From NCBI GenBank assembly GCA_964016885.1, contig OZ024742.1:333994001-334058000 (forward strand): DNA of 64,000 bases. Reading direction: 5' to 3'. This document shows positions 37,793-51,945 of this stretch, one piece after another. Numbering within the stretch: position 1 is the stretch's first letter; each line of letters starts with the position of its first letter. Below the pieces are notes generated by a model. That model searched no databases, had not been told where the DNA came from, and saw nothing but the letters and a program-made list of their open reading frames with translations. A program made the translations under genes and the position numbers. Origin of the DNA: Eledone cirrhosa. Lineage: Eukaryota.

Positions 37793-38229
37793 ATACACAT
37801 GTGTGTATACACATGTGTGTAAATATGTATGTATGTGTATGTATGTGTGTATGTATATATGTGTGTGTATGAGTGTATATATATATATATATATATATAT
37901 ATTTAAATGTATAGAAGGTTGGCCGTATGTGTGTGTGCGCGCGTATGTATGTATATATGTGTACGTTTGAATAGGATATGCTTATCCTATTTGATACAGA
38001 ACACGAAGTAAACAACAGTCAGAAGGCTCGTGGCGGTATGCATCAACAAGTGGGTGTGACTGGGTCCGTGGAAGTGAGGGCGAGAGGGTGTGTGAGTATA
38101 TATACTGTGATGTATGTAGGTGAGGGTGTGTGTGTCTGCGTATGTAGGCGTACGAGTGTGAATGCATAGATAGGTATGTGTCTGAATGTGTGTGTGTGTT
38201 TTATGTGTGTATTCTAGTATGCGTGGGTG

Positions 38230-38598
38230 CTTACTCTGAAGTATGGGCAGACGTGTGAAGTACTGAACCCAGCATGACTCCATTGAAATGTGTCGGACCG
38301 AATATGGTTGATGAACTGTGTGGCAGCAGATACTGACCAGAACTTGTGATGACGTGGGGTAAAAACAGCCAATGGCATGAGAAGAGTGGAAAGAGGGTTT
38401 TTTGAGGGTGTTGTTTTGATAATAACCTGCCAGTGATAAAATTTGCTCCGGACATAACACCCGTGTCTGAAAGAACCCGCAGAAGTAGAATCAACCAGAT
38501 CCATACAAGGACCATGACTCGAGCTACATGCCGGCGAAACATTTGTAACACGAAATAAATTAAGTCCAGATGCATCACTGATTTTTCGTTTTCTTTAT
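38230..38598 (+). mobile_element. PLE pseudo-LTR-like repeat with long-stem-II hammerhead-like motif (38462-38552); diverged relative at 58085-58400
   Basis: cgtgt-CTGAAAGA-(61 nt)-GAAA-catttg-TA-acacg; 3' end cagatgcatcactgatttttcgttt shared with 58371-58395. Confidence 0.65.
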
Positions 38599-38609
38599 AA
38601 TATATATAT

Positions 38610-39016
38610 GGTGGCTGCCAACTCGTTTTCGAGTACCGCCACTACTTTATATCCATGTAGGAGAATCTCTACCGAGGCGCTCAACGAGTGTGATTTTTTA
38701 GTCCAGCCAGCGACTTGAAAACTCGGGTACAAACACTAAACTTGTGACAATTACTGACACATAGCGCTGGGCCCATGGTACCATGTGATGACAAGTGCAG
38801 AGAGATCTCCAGATATAAAGCAATGCCTGTGCCGTGAAGCTTTTATAGTGAGCAAAGGCACTGCACAAAGCCAGTCCCACTCTCTTAACCAAGATGATAT
38901 TTACCAAAAAGAAGAACAAGTCAACATCAATGGATACCCTCAGGGTTGCAGGTGCTATATCAGAGCCTTCCTTCTCCTAGAATTATGCCTTGACAAAGCC
39001 TAAGGGGTCATCTCTC
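38610..39016 (-). mobile_element. Short non-autonomous RTE-derived element (copy 2, longer 5' end)
   Basis: Repeat of 18336-18701; 5' part ctaggagaaggaaggctctga; 3' hairpin ctcg-aaaa-cgag then (TA)n. Confidence 0.7.
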
Positions 39017-40104
39017 ATATATATATATATCTTTTGCAAAATCACGTGGTACTAGATTTAAAATTAAACGATATACAACGCACCAAACAATCCTCATTTA
39101 AATAAATACAATTAATCAGTCTCACAACGTTCACCATAAGCTAAATCATCCAGCAAAGAATTTATGTCGAATCACCAAAACCTGAAAGACAGAACCAAGA
39201 ACTAAATCTAATCTAAAAATAGATAATAACGTAATAAATGATAATGTGACCTCACATAATATAGTGACACTAAAAGGATGAAATTCATCATGCAACAAAC
39301 ACCTGCTGTCCGATCAATTGTTACCGGATAAATTAAAGTTATATATATTGCACAGCATTTAAACAATACTATGAAACAGTAAACACACAACCACCATACT
39401 CGATAGCTACAACCTATACCAGACCTGCAAGTTCTACCCGTTAGATGAGGAGATCTCCCACCCACACTCGGGTTGGTGAGAGATGTCTTCTCTTGTGAAA
39501 ATAGGTATAGCTTTAATTATTTAAAATCTCCCATTTAGTTTCTTTTTCCCCATTGTGGAGCTCTTTTTCCATCGTACTCCCAGTTCAGGGTTTTAGAGGA
39601 TGGCAGGTCTTTTATGCGCTGCATATACATATACAAATATGTGTGTATAGCCACACTCTACTTGTTTTACCCACTATCTTTCGCTTGTCTGTTTAAATTG
39701 TGTTGCGGGGACAACCTTGGACTTTTGTTTTCAACCTCGGCAGGTAGCAGAACATTCTTCAGCTTCATAACCCAACTACATTTACACGACGAAAGTCAAA
39801 TTTACTTTCCTTCCAGTCTTAATTCGATGCACATTTTACAACGCAAGACCTTTGTCTATTTATTGTCAGAATTGTTTACGTGTTTATCTTTATTTTAGTC
39901 GAAAGACACCCGTAAATTTTTTCATCCGTATGTACTTCTGTTATCATCTAACATGCATCTTACCATCAAAGTGCTATATTTTTGTCTGAAATGAAATTAC
40001 AAGTGCAGTACAACCTCAATACGTGTGTCTGCACGCCAGCAAGGTGCTGATAAGCTAACAATGCAGCTGTATGTTCGTCTTATGTAACTGTAGCGTCTTA
40101 TGTA

Positions 40105-40349
40105 AAAGTAGCGACATTGTCGTTTACTTAAATTTCCGGCAGGTAGAGGGAGATCTGCTGGGCCGGCGACCGCTCTGTAAAATCAGTTCCTGATTGTTAC
40201 TGGAATTCTTTAAGAATCCAACACACATAATTTTCGGCAGACGGGGAGAGTATTGAGTTTTGACAAGTACCAATTAGTACAAAACAGCGCTGTCAACCTA
40301 TCTCCCCCTGTCTGCCGACAATTTAAGTAAGCGACAATGTCGCTACTTT
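40105..40349. repeat. About 50 bp imperfect inverted repeat pair (40105-40154 / 40300-40349), possible MITE
   Basis: aaagtagcgacattgtcgtttacttaaatt versus aatttaagtaagcgacaatgtcgctacttt. Confidence 0.6.
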
Positions 40350-40448
40350 AAAACAATAGCGTATGGTCTTCAAAATGTTTTTAATTAAGCATACAGTGTA
40401 TTGCAAAATATATACATTCATATAAATATCGCTATTTCAGAGCACCAA

Positions 40449-40510
<62 letters not shown>

Positions 40511-40653
40511 GTCTAACTAATATATATCTTCATTGTACTGCGTCTCCTGCGTTATGTGGTTACTTTTCACATACATAAACATATACGCGAGCATATATGT
40601 ATATATATATACAATATATTAACAAATGGAAACTATATTTATAAAGTCACATT

Positions 40654-40718
40654 TATTTCATTATACATATTTCAAGGACACCAAAGCAAATTATGGTGCG
40701 CTTTCATCAGATAAAATA
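40654..40718 (-). ncRNA. Type I hammerhead ribozyme (mirror copy)
   Basis: Exact reverse complement of 40863-40927. Confidence 0.8.
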
Positions 40719-40862
40719 TAATATACATCAGTTTTATAAAAAATATTGACATACCCTTAAAGAATGCGACCATGTCGGTTTAAAGCTCTCGGAGCTTCCA
40801 ACCGTCATGGTCGAATTTTTTAAGAGTATGTCAATATTTGTTTATAAAACTGATCCATATTA

Positions 40863-40927
40863 TATTTTATCTGATGAAAGCGCACCATAATTTGCTTTGG
40901 TGTCCTTGAAATATGTATAATGAAATA
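40863..40927 (+). ncRNA. Type I hammerhead ribozyme
   Basis: tattttat-CTGATGA-aag c gcacca..tggtgt c ctt-GAAA-tatgta-TA-atgaaata; 8 bp stem I, 9 bp stem II. Confidence 0.82.
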
Positions 40928-41125
40928 AATGTGGTTTTATAAATATAGTTTCCATTTGTTAATATATTGTATTTTTACTCCAAAAATTTGTTGAGTGCTT
41001 TATATTAGTTATAAAAATATTTTCTTGTTGTATCCCAACAAATTAAATATAACTTCTACATATATATATAGTTTTATGTGGAAATGGCTTCTACAGGACT
41101 AGAACTGTTTCATTCGAAAGAAATC

Positions 41126-41248
<123 letters not shown>

Positions 41249-41899
41249 TAAGAAAGGGCGATGTTATCGTTTATATTGAAAAGCTTTAATAAACTTTTAT
41301 TTTTTTATTTTCATGTACCTTATATTTGTTCTTTGGTTTACATTTATCATGTTTTATATAATCCATGTTTGTTTTTTCTGCATCCTTTCTTTCTCTTATT
41401 TAAATTGTAAAACACACACGTACCAATCCTTTTTATAAGTACCTAGGTCAGTGTTGCTGCTGGTAACTGTTTTGTAAGATTATTCATTAGCTTCCTGGAA
41501 CAATTACAAGAGACATCAGCTTTGATATTTCGATGTCCAGCAATTTACAGAAGAAAACAATGAATGATTGCTGTGTACTTGAGCTATTTAGATAGCAATA
41601 AGATGGATGTATTTCTTTTTTTTACTATGGAACTGTAATTATAATTGTCTATAACGAGGAACCATAACAGAGAGAGACATAATCAGTAGCTATTGTTCTC
41701 TGTAATATTGATACTGGAGATATCAATAGTGAATTGTGAATCTCTATAATAATAGTAAAAGAAAAGAAAAAAAAATGGTATGGTTTGAATGTACAACTAT
41801 GTACCTCAGTTAGTTATTGAGGAAAGATCATGTAGTCCGCTTCGCCATTGAGTTATATATATATGGGTCACGTGATGACGTTGATATTGATGAATATGG

Positions 41900-42205
41900 T
41901 TAGGACATCAGAAAGCAACGAGGATGATGGCGATCTTGATGAGGACGCTTGTGGTAACGATGACGATAATTGTCGTGATGATTGTTATGAACATGGTTAT
42001 GAAAATTACGATTCTCAGAATGATGCTAACGATGATGTTAATGAAGATTAAATTTTGACGATGTTGATGACGGTGACACTGAGGTCGATGATGATGATGT
42101 TGAGTATAATGTTGATGCTCATGGCAATGAAGACGCTGATGATTATGAAGTCGATGATGATGATAACTATGACGATGAAAACGATTACGATGATGATGAT
42201 GATAC
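41900..42205. repeat. Degenerate (GAT)n low-complexity tract
   Basis: Seen directly. Confidence 0.85.
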
Positions 42206-42943
42206 TACTGTTATTAAAGGTGATATTTGTGATGTTTAAGAAGACTGACCTGATTGTCACTTTTAATATTTTTGTGTGGATTTTAACTTCAATAAATACT
42301 ACGATAGCTCTCTTGAAATTGAATTAATTTTGGCCGTGTAAATAATTTTACAATTCATAAAGGCACACACACCTGTACACACATACACAAACATATATAC
42401 AGTAGTTTTACTATGATCCTTGCTCAAAAATCTAGTGGTGAATCAGAAGACTACGATCAATTTACGTAGGCATTGAATATCTCGGCATCTGTTCTGAATC
42501 TCAGGCCTCTGCTTTTAAATCCCAGGGGAGGTCCATAATTTCTTTCTTCTTTTCTGTGTGGATCATTAAAACGATGGATTGGTTAATTTGTTAAAGGGTC
42601 CGACCAATTTCTCCCCCGATGCAGGGCAATGATATCAAATTCCGCCTTTATCTCCCTGGAATTGTTATTGGCAATTAGAATCAGTATTGGAACCAGGATT
42701 TTCTTTGAATCATCTGACACTCGGCTCTCATTTGTCTTCTTCTTCTGGGTTTGTTTCTTGGCAACTGGAAGAATCAACTGGATATCGTGTAAGAATTCTC
42801 CTTGGGTCAAAAATATATATTCGAGATGCCTCGTCTAAATCGAAAAAAAAGCATTTTCCGAAAAACCTTTAGAAAGGGAATCAGCACCAGCAGTAAATAA
42901 GTCACTGAAAGCATATATATATACACCATATATACTATATATA

Positions 42944-43038
<95 letters not shown>

Positions 43039-43523
43039 TATACACAACTTAGAATATAGGATGAAATAATCATATTCACGGGAAAAGAATGACCACCAGC
43101 TGCATCAGAATATCGTACCCTGTATCTCTCAAAATCCTGTTGAGTTCTCTACCCATTGTGCTAAATACCCACTGATAACTGATTCTGTCTGAATAAGATA
43201 ACTACACCGTACAAGTTTGGGTGTAAACAACATTCTATATAAACGATCGAAACGTTGGTTAATTTTTGAAATCCTTAGAAAATGTAAGGATCCAAACTGT
43301 AGAAAATATCTGTAAACGCAGTCGATTATTATCAATAATGGCTTACAGAATTTGGTAAAATATCCCTATAAACACTTAAAACTGACCAAAATCTTCATCG
43401 GACAATCGGTCTGCATATCTCTCGAATATCGGCTGAATGTTCTAACAAATTGAGCTAAACCTTATCTGACAACTGGTTACTTCTGAATTAGTTATACCGA
43501 ACATGTTTCGACGGAACATTGTA

Positions 43524-44141
43524 TAGGGTGTCCCTAAAGTCTGAACACATAGGCAAAATGCATAATTACAATTAAAAATTATTTGTTCATGGAATATATC
43601 ATGTAAATACAGTTTAATAGTGACAAAGAAAAAAACAGAAAATTTAGTTTGAGAAGCATGAAGTAAATGTAAAATAGGAAAATATAAAAAAAAACAGAAA
43701 ATAGATGGGATGGCAAGGGCTCTAGTGTCACAGAATAATGTGGAGGGGCGGTTGGTTTCTGGGCCTAGGGCATGGTGGTAATTGTGCTCCGCCTCGCGAA
43801 CAAGACCATAAAAGCATTCCTGCGGACAATAGCCAGTGACACCCATTGCAACAGCCACCCCGCCTCGCGGGTCTCCTTCCTCAGACGGGCCTCCGACGTT
43901 CTGATCTTGTGAAGGAGCTCGACAGAACGGGGTCAAAGTGCGTGTAAGGTTTCGACGGCGAACGGTGCGAAAACGAAGTGGCCGGACAATCCCAGGTATT
44001 TGTTTAAATATTCAATATTTTATTTAATTGAAACATTGATAAATTATATGATTACCAACATTCTTTCGATGCGTTTTGCGAGATTCACGTGAACCCGATG
44101 CATTAACTCAACCTTTCCGTTCAGATTTTAGGAACACCCTC
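43524..44141 (+). mobile_element. Non-autonomous Tc1/mariner derivative
   Basis: TIRs agggtgtccctaaagtctgaac / gttcagattttaggaacaccct, each flanked by TA (43522-23, 44142-43). Confidence 0.75.
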
Positions 44142-44907
44142 TATATTACATACCGGCGATTTGGACAGTCTTTTAGATTCTTAGAAAATGTAGGAATCCC
44201 AAAAGCAGAAAGCAACTATAACCACATTAGATTCCTATAAATAATAGCTTTAAAAATCGAGTAAAACACGTGTATGGAAGGAGAAAAAATTGGCCAGCAG
44301 CCGCTGTGCAGAATCGAAATCCGACACTTATAAAATCTGACTGTGGCCTCACCAATTGTTTCTGTCGATAGAAATATTTCAGCTATTCGATATAGCTATC
44401 TAATTCAGAAGGAATAGGCTGTCTAAGTTCGTTTGTTCAATAGGTAAAGCATACAGCCGGAATTTGAGATATATGGAATTCAGCCATACTGACCACATTT
44501 TTACTGATCATAGGATTACTTTTTGATGTTCTCAGATACAAATCATAACAATTGACTGAGATTTCATTTATTATCTGAGTTTGGAAACCCTAAATATTTC
44601 TAAGAATCTCAAAATCTAACCGACACTTCAATATTTTATATAGAAAGTTATAAAGAGAAAGAAAGAAAGATAGAAAGAAAGATACAATGAAAGAAAGATA
44701 GAAAGAAAGAAAGATAGAAAGAGTGGAGTGATATGGATTGCGAACGTTAAATAAGTTTTCCACTGACTAGCGCTATAAAGCTGATTCATTAGAAACTCTG
44801 ACTTGAGTAGCATTTACTGGTAAATTCTTATATCACAACAAATCTACTTGAATTGCTTTGTATCCGTTTTATGAATATGCCAGAAAGTTAAAAGCAAATT
44901 AGTAGAT

Positions 44908-45712
<805 letters not shown>

Positions 45713-47011
45713 GTCTGTATACACATATATATGTGTGTCTGTGAATGCGTTTTTGTTCATTTACACCATATGGATAAAACGTATTTATTTTGCATAAAAC
45801 TGAAAGAGAGCGACACAGAGTCATGTTTCATTCTTGTTAATAGTATCAGTGTTTGACGTCTAAACATGTCCATGGTAATTAGATTTGTTAGCAGGATATG
45901 AGAGGTTGATTTACCAATTCTATTGGTGAGGTTGAGCTGAGAATATTAGAGCACTAGACGTGTGGACATTAGTAGATGTCACAGTCTATTTGAACAGTCA
46001 AAATAATAGAGTTTAATATAAACTATCTTATGTAGCTATGTATTATATACATATATATGTCTGTGTATGATTTTTCTCTATGTGATTGTGTGTTTATGGC
46101 TGTGTGTATTCGTGTATATTTGTACATATATGTGTGTACATATGTTTAGATGCATATGTACACATGCTTATATTCACTATTGTATGTATGTATGCACACC
46201 TGTGTATGTACGCATTTGGAGATCACAGATAAGCAACCAAACATCTGCCTTATATACATCACATATTTGAAATGTCTTCCAGATATAGAGAAGGATAATA
46301 CGTATTTTATAAATACAGCAAACATACAACAGCGCCCAGCATGTTTTATAACCTCGAAGAAATGTTCAGCCAGATCTACTTCAACAATTTAAATAAATTC
46401 TGAAAACTTTATATTCTAGGTGAAATGTCGTGTTGCTTCTACTTTAGTTTTGCTAAAAGCTTTCTCAAAGCATTATATGCCAAACGTTGAAAAACGTGTG
46501 GCATACTTGACTTTCTTCTTTCTTTTAAGACCAAAGACGAGTGTTGGAAGCCAGATATATGCTTGTTGTGTTAATAATATGCTATAATAAATGGTACAGT
46601 TATAAATTGAATACTACAAGTTATCAAAACATGGATTCCTCTTTCTCTGTGACACTATCGGGTATCGTAAAAATGTACAATCGACAATAAGCAATAGCTG
46701 TGTTGTAAATCAAGATGCACTTGCATTATCAAAAGCGATAAATATGTCAAATATTCGCAACATATCCTTAAATGTCACACGTGTAAATTAGAAATATTCA
46801 CCAACTGCCACAAACAACGTAACGGTTAAAAAGAGTATATCCGTTTGTTAAGCAAATTTTGATATGGTACAAATTGTTTAACCATGTATTTCTCAAACCT
46901 TAACCACCAAATTTGATACGAAAATGATCATCGACATACATCGACACCTGACGCAGGTAATTTCTTCAAAAGAACGTGAGAAAAGACGTACAGGAAGAAT
47001 CTAATCCACTA

Positions 47012-47152
47012 CTAGACTGGTACCTTATCGAGTCTGAAGTGATAAAAGGCAATGTTAATCTCGGCGGAATTTAAACTCAGAGAGCAGGGAACCTGTACGA
47101 TTTCTGAAAAGTATTGTATCTGCCGTTGTAACGACTCTACCAAATCGCCGCC
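47012..47152 (-). mobile_element. Old OK/OR-like SINE
   Basis: aaaggcaatgttaatctcggcggaatttaaactcag is a diverged reverse complement of the 29078-29115 core. Confidence 0.65.
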
Positions 47153-49380
47153 TAACACGACCGCCGGAACACACAGTATATAAATACACACACGTTCCCC
47201 TCCATTGTGCTTTTCAACTTTCCTTTCTCTTAGACTTAAGATATGCAATAAGGAAATCCCCGAAGTCAAAGGTGTCATGGCAAGATAAAATCTCAAATAT
47301 ACACTTAAAAATCAATTGTCGCAAGGAAACATTTTACTCGCTAACAGTTACAACTAATCTTACCAATACTGTTTATATTCCAAATATGAGAATATGTGCA
47401 GCATCTAACAGTCTTAAAGTATGTCAATAACTTAATGAAGTGACATCATCGAAAACAACGTCATTGTACACACATATCACTAATACACACATCTCCGTCT
47501 CATTAATCCATCACTGATTCATGGTTGTCAAACTCTGTCCGTCTTTGATTTTCCATTGGACTCCATCAGTAGCGCGTAGAGGAAATATCTGCAAGCAAAG
47601 GCGACTAAAAAGAACATTTCAGGTACAAAATAATGGTCTTTCATGACCGTAGCGGTCAATTGATCACCCATATAACTGGCCGGGCATTCTACTATAGAAC
47701 TGATCGATAATTGCTGACACAACTACAGACAATATTCGTACCAATACTGACAAATCCACATAATTTAAGAACTAGGTGAAATTATCACAGTTCTACCACC
47801 ATACAGAAGCTCAAGTGTAACATAATAAACATGATCTCATTCATATTCTCACAAACGTTGTCCATTGTTCTTCTACATTACCCCTAACACCGATATATCC
47901 CACCCTAAATTATAACACCACATTTTGACAACTGCATTCAATTACATCACTGGTAATTCATACTTCAACTTACCTTTACACAAAGACACAAAGGTATATA
48001 CACACATACAGACTCCTTCGAAACCATGCTATTCTGACTAGTATGAACATCAGATTATCTTTACACTCTATACGCAGCATGACACATTCAACACAGTCTT
48101 AAGAAGCAATTGCTCATGCCCTAATTTGTCAATTTCCAGCTGCAGTTAAATGTCCTTCAAAGTGCCATTTAACATTTTAATAAAGGACATACCACGTTGG
48201 ATAATCGAGTAATACGTACTTATAACATGATTGAATAGACATGGCTGAAAGGCCTTGCCATCTTTATCAGGAATAAGCTGGTATAAATAACTCCAACCAC
48301 AACACAATGACTAGTGTGCTATCTCTCTTGCCGTTAAAACTTTGTAACATCCAGAAGTTTCAGTTTCCACAATGGAGTATCATAGGTATGCATCCCTTAC
48401 TCATTATATGCTATATTTGCGTAGACAGGTTTCTAAAATATACACCCAATTTCATTTGCAGATAACATATCATTTAAATCCTAGATCCATTCTCCTGACA
48501 TAAACATACGGCAAATCTAAGTCTACATCCTTTATCTGAAAACTAAACTCCAAAATACGTTTAACATAACATGCACCACATTCATCATCTCCCAACTTAG
48601 GAGAAAAACCAAATGAATAAAAAATAAAAAATAACATTACATTCATGAAGTTGAGAAACCACACATACAGGATACGATTATACTATGACTTGCCTACAGC
48701 ATATTTAAATAATTCGTAGAATGTATAATAAATATAACATGGTGACCAAATATATTTAGACTTTTGTTGTGGTGACCAAATATATTTACACTTTTGTTTA
48801 ATGCACAAATTTTCATATGACATCATATTCAGCCCACAACAAACATACATCTCCTACTAGGTCCCTACAAAGATGCAATCATATATATTGGTATGACATT
48901 ATAAATAGTTTTATTAGCCCAAATATTAACTGGATTTCCCATTAATAATGCTTGCAGTGAGATATCAGCTATCAGAATAGGAAGAAGTTCATATTCCTCG
49001 GTGATAAACATATAACCGAACCTATGACCGCACATTTATGTCTTTAGAAAGGACATAAATGGAATTAGAAAATGCACTATTTGATACAGCAGGACTAAAT
49101 AAACAGGATAGTCATTATATGATTACTGTTGATCATAGATCTACTTAATCAGAGCGGAATGAGCTTAAACAACAAAACTAAAATCAGAAACTCGGTGAGC
49201 AAAAAAATGCAGCATACTCAGATTACAACGCTGTACGTTATACAATCATTTACTGAAAATTAAATATCTAATTAAAATGTTCAACCTGTCGGATGTATGT
49301 CCTATTGGAGGCTATTACACTGGTGATCACACATCGTCATTATGTTAATAAAATATGTAATATATAACTATATATATAGT

Positions 49381-49562
49381 AATAATAATTGTTTCTACTT
49401 TTGGCACAAGGCCAGCAATTATCCCAGTACATTACTGGTACTTTATTTTATCGACTCCATAAAGATGAAAGGAAAAGTTAACCTCGGTGGGATTTGAACT
49501 CAGATCTTAAAGGGACGTAACTATGCTGGAAAGCATGTCCGACCTTCTACCGATACTGCCAA
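49381..49562 (-). mobile_element. OK/OR-like SINE flanked by (TAA)n
   Basis: Reverse complement matches 29018-29200. Confidence 0.85.
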
Positions 49563-49660
49563 TAATAATAATAGTAATAATAATAAATTTGAAGACTAAA
49601 ATCCAAAGAGGGCTCGATAAGAATAAATATATATCAGATATATAAGAACCGTAGAGCAAA

Positions 49661-49795
49661 TATTTATTAAAATAACAGATTAAAGTTTCAGCAAAGAATC
49701 GCTGCTTTCACCCTTAACGGGATCTTCAGAAGATCCCGTTAAGGGTGAAAGCAGCGATTCTTTGCTTAAACTTTAATCTGTTATTTTAATAAATA
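49661..49795. repeat. Near-perfect 67 bp-arm palindrome; family also at 53569-53635, 63403-63514 and 36300-36320
   Basis: Centre gatcttc-a-gaagatc at 49728; minus strand reads CTGAAGA-tcccgttaagggt-GAAA. Confidence 0.85.
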
Positions 49796-49994
49796 TATAT
49801 ATATATATTTTGGAAAATATGTCAAATCCTCTGTACAGTTAGCTTTATTTGAAAAAAATCAAAAGAATAACTTCACTTTTATAATTTTATAATTTTATAA
49901 TGTTGCTATGTAGATCTACATAGCAAGATTATAAAATTATAAAATTAAGTTGTTTAGAATGCTAACTACAAATCAAGTCATTGTTCTCTTCTAT

Positions 49995-50066
<72 letters not shown>

Positions 50067-50071
<5 letters not shown>

Positions 50072-50415
50072 CGAAACATAAGTCAATTGCATTAACTCAT
50101 AATCCTTTATTTACTGCTATATATATTTCGATGATAGCCATTGAAGGGCTATGACCTCATCAGGCAGTTAGTCAGTTCTTAGATATGCCAGCTCTGTGTT
50201 TATAGTGTTGATGGTATCAGAGCCTTGGGACATATGAGTTTATTAGGAATAATTTAATGTTGTCAGCAGGAATAATCTTAATTCTCATTGGTCAGTTTGT
50301 AGATGCTAGTAGGGTTGGTATTTGATCTCAAAGAGGCAGGAGGTGTTGTAAAGTTCAAACCGTCAGGCAAGATGACAATAGTTCCATATGACTGATTTTC
50401 ACAAAAAGCATTCCT
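50067..50415 (-). mobile_element. PLE 3' end / pseudo-LTR (copy 1)
   Basis: Direct repeat of 55037-55385; minus strand encodes ...ILPDGLN (GIY-YIG C-terminal P.GLN motif) upstream of a hammerhead; ends in (TA)n. Confidence 0.8.
50113..50168 (-). ncRNA. Type I hammerhead ribozyme
   Basis: actgc-CTGATGA-ggt c atagcc cttcaat ggctat c atc-GAAA-tatata-TA-gcagt; perfect 5 bp stem I. Confidence 0.88.
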
Positions 50416-51173
50416 GGCCAGATATATATTCAATTAAGGTTAATAGTATGAAATAGATACTACAGGTCATCCTTAAGTTGAGGAATTTATGTGGAGTGGT
50501 GCTACTGAAAATTATGGTTAGAGTAGAAAATTTACAAATAAAAAGACTTATGTAGGTTGGCATATTTAAAATCTGACGCCCCAAAAGACATATTTCCACC
50601 ACGTTCCCTAGTTATATCTGCAATTTAAAGGAAGACATGATTAATAATTATAAAATCGATTAGACCATTAAAGAACAATTGTATGATTTCTGCCTCCGGC
50701 GAAAATATATAATAGCATTTTGCAGTTTTAAACAAAAGATCTGAAAAATTTGCACTAGACGCAAATTAATTATTCATCAACACTTAGGCTCCGTTGTGAA
50801 GAGTCACCATACGATTTTTACTTTTATGTATATCCATATGTTACTGAGGGCATGGAAAAAATACGTGGTTTTTCGTCGATTTATATGAATATATCACGTG
50901 TTTTGCGATTCACAATAGAATACATGAATGTCTGATGCATTTTCAAAAGATGTTTCGGCAACAAATCAAATCGTGATGACGAATATTTCGATATGTTTGC
51001 CAATAGTTTTGCTTTTATATTGTAATGATGATTAACTACTTCAATCGTTTTAATAATCGGGTACGCAGAATTCAGAGTCACTATTCAAAATACGTTGCAG
51101 CTTCTTACGAGTTATATATATAACAAGGGTAAACTGATGAAAAGTCATAAATTTATAGTATATATATATATAT

Positions 51174-51269
<96 letters not shown>

Positions 51270-51306
51270 ATTAAATAAATGGAAACTATATTTATAAAAC
51301 CATATT

Positions 51307-51372
51307 TATTTCATTATATATATTTCGGGGATATCATATTAACAATATGCTATGCCTTCCTCAGACAAAATA
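51307..51372 (-). ncRNA. Type I hammerhead ribozyme (mirror copy)
   Basis: Reverse complement of 53321-53386. Confidence 0.72.
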
Positions 51373-51750
51373 CAATATAAACAGTTTTATAGACAAATAT
51401 ATTCTACATACCGTAACAACACCGACTTGCATTTGGAGAGGTTGAGCTGGCAGTGAAAAAATTTTACACAGAGAGAAAGAAAGAGAGAAAGAAGAAAGAA
51501 AGACAGAAAACGAAGAAAAGGAAGAAAAAGAAGAAATGCATGGAACAAAGTAGAGAGATGGAGAGATAGATAAGGAGAAGAGCTTCATGTAAAGAGACAG
51601 AAAGGGATATATATATATAGAGAGAGAGGAAATAGAGATAGATACATATATATATAGAAAATTAGGTAGTGGGAGGTCAGTTGAGTAAATGTATCAATGG
51701 TACATTTATTTATTTATTTATTCATTTATTTAGCTCTAGTATTAATGTAA

Positions 51751-51945
51751 ATACATACCTACTGGAATATAGTCTCAAGAGGGATTCCTTTTAATTCATC
51801 CTCTGAGACATGTGACCTCTGCGCAGAGGAGATATTCTTTATACTAAAATCTAAAAATTCCCTTAATCTACGGACAAATGTATTCAGTTGTTGCAAACAT
51901 AGATTAAACTCAACGTTTAAATATAAATTTAAATTTAAAATGTAG
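51751..51945 (+). pseudogene. C-terminal fragment of a PLE GIY-YIG endonuclease
   Basis: IHTYWNIVSRGIPFNSSSETCDLCAEEIFFILKSKNSLNLRTNVFSCCKHRLN...*: W.I / CxLCxxE / LNxR / CxH pattern; no start codon, so absent from the ORF track. Confidence 0.78.

Larger units (their letters stand above)
40610..41059. mobile_element. Fold-back PLE pseudo-LTR element (arms 40610-40788 / 40792-40971 plus tail)
   Basis: About 180 bp near-perfect palindrome with a 3 nt loop and two hammerheads, flanked by (TA)n. Confidence 0.85.

Noticed and set aside
39115-39160. ctggatga...gaac hammerhead-like stretch on the minus strand (similar case at about 56850-56890)
   Set aside because: Core deviates at several invariant positions and stem I is unsupported.
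46400-49300. Long non-repetitive stretch as a host exon or UTR
   Set aside because: Only short ORFs with no recognisable domain or convincing splice pair.
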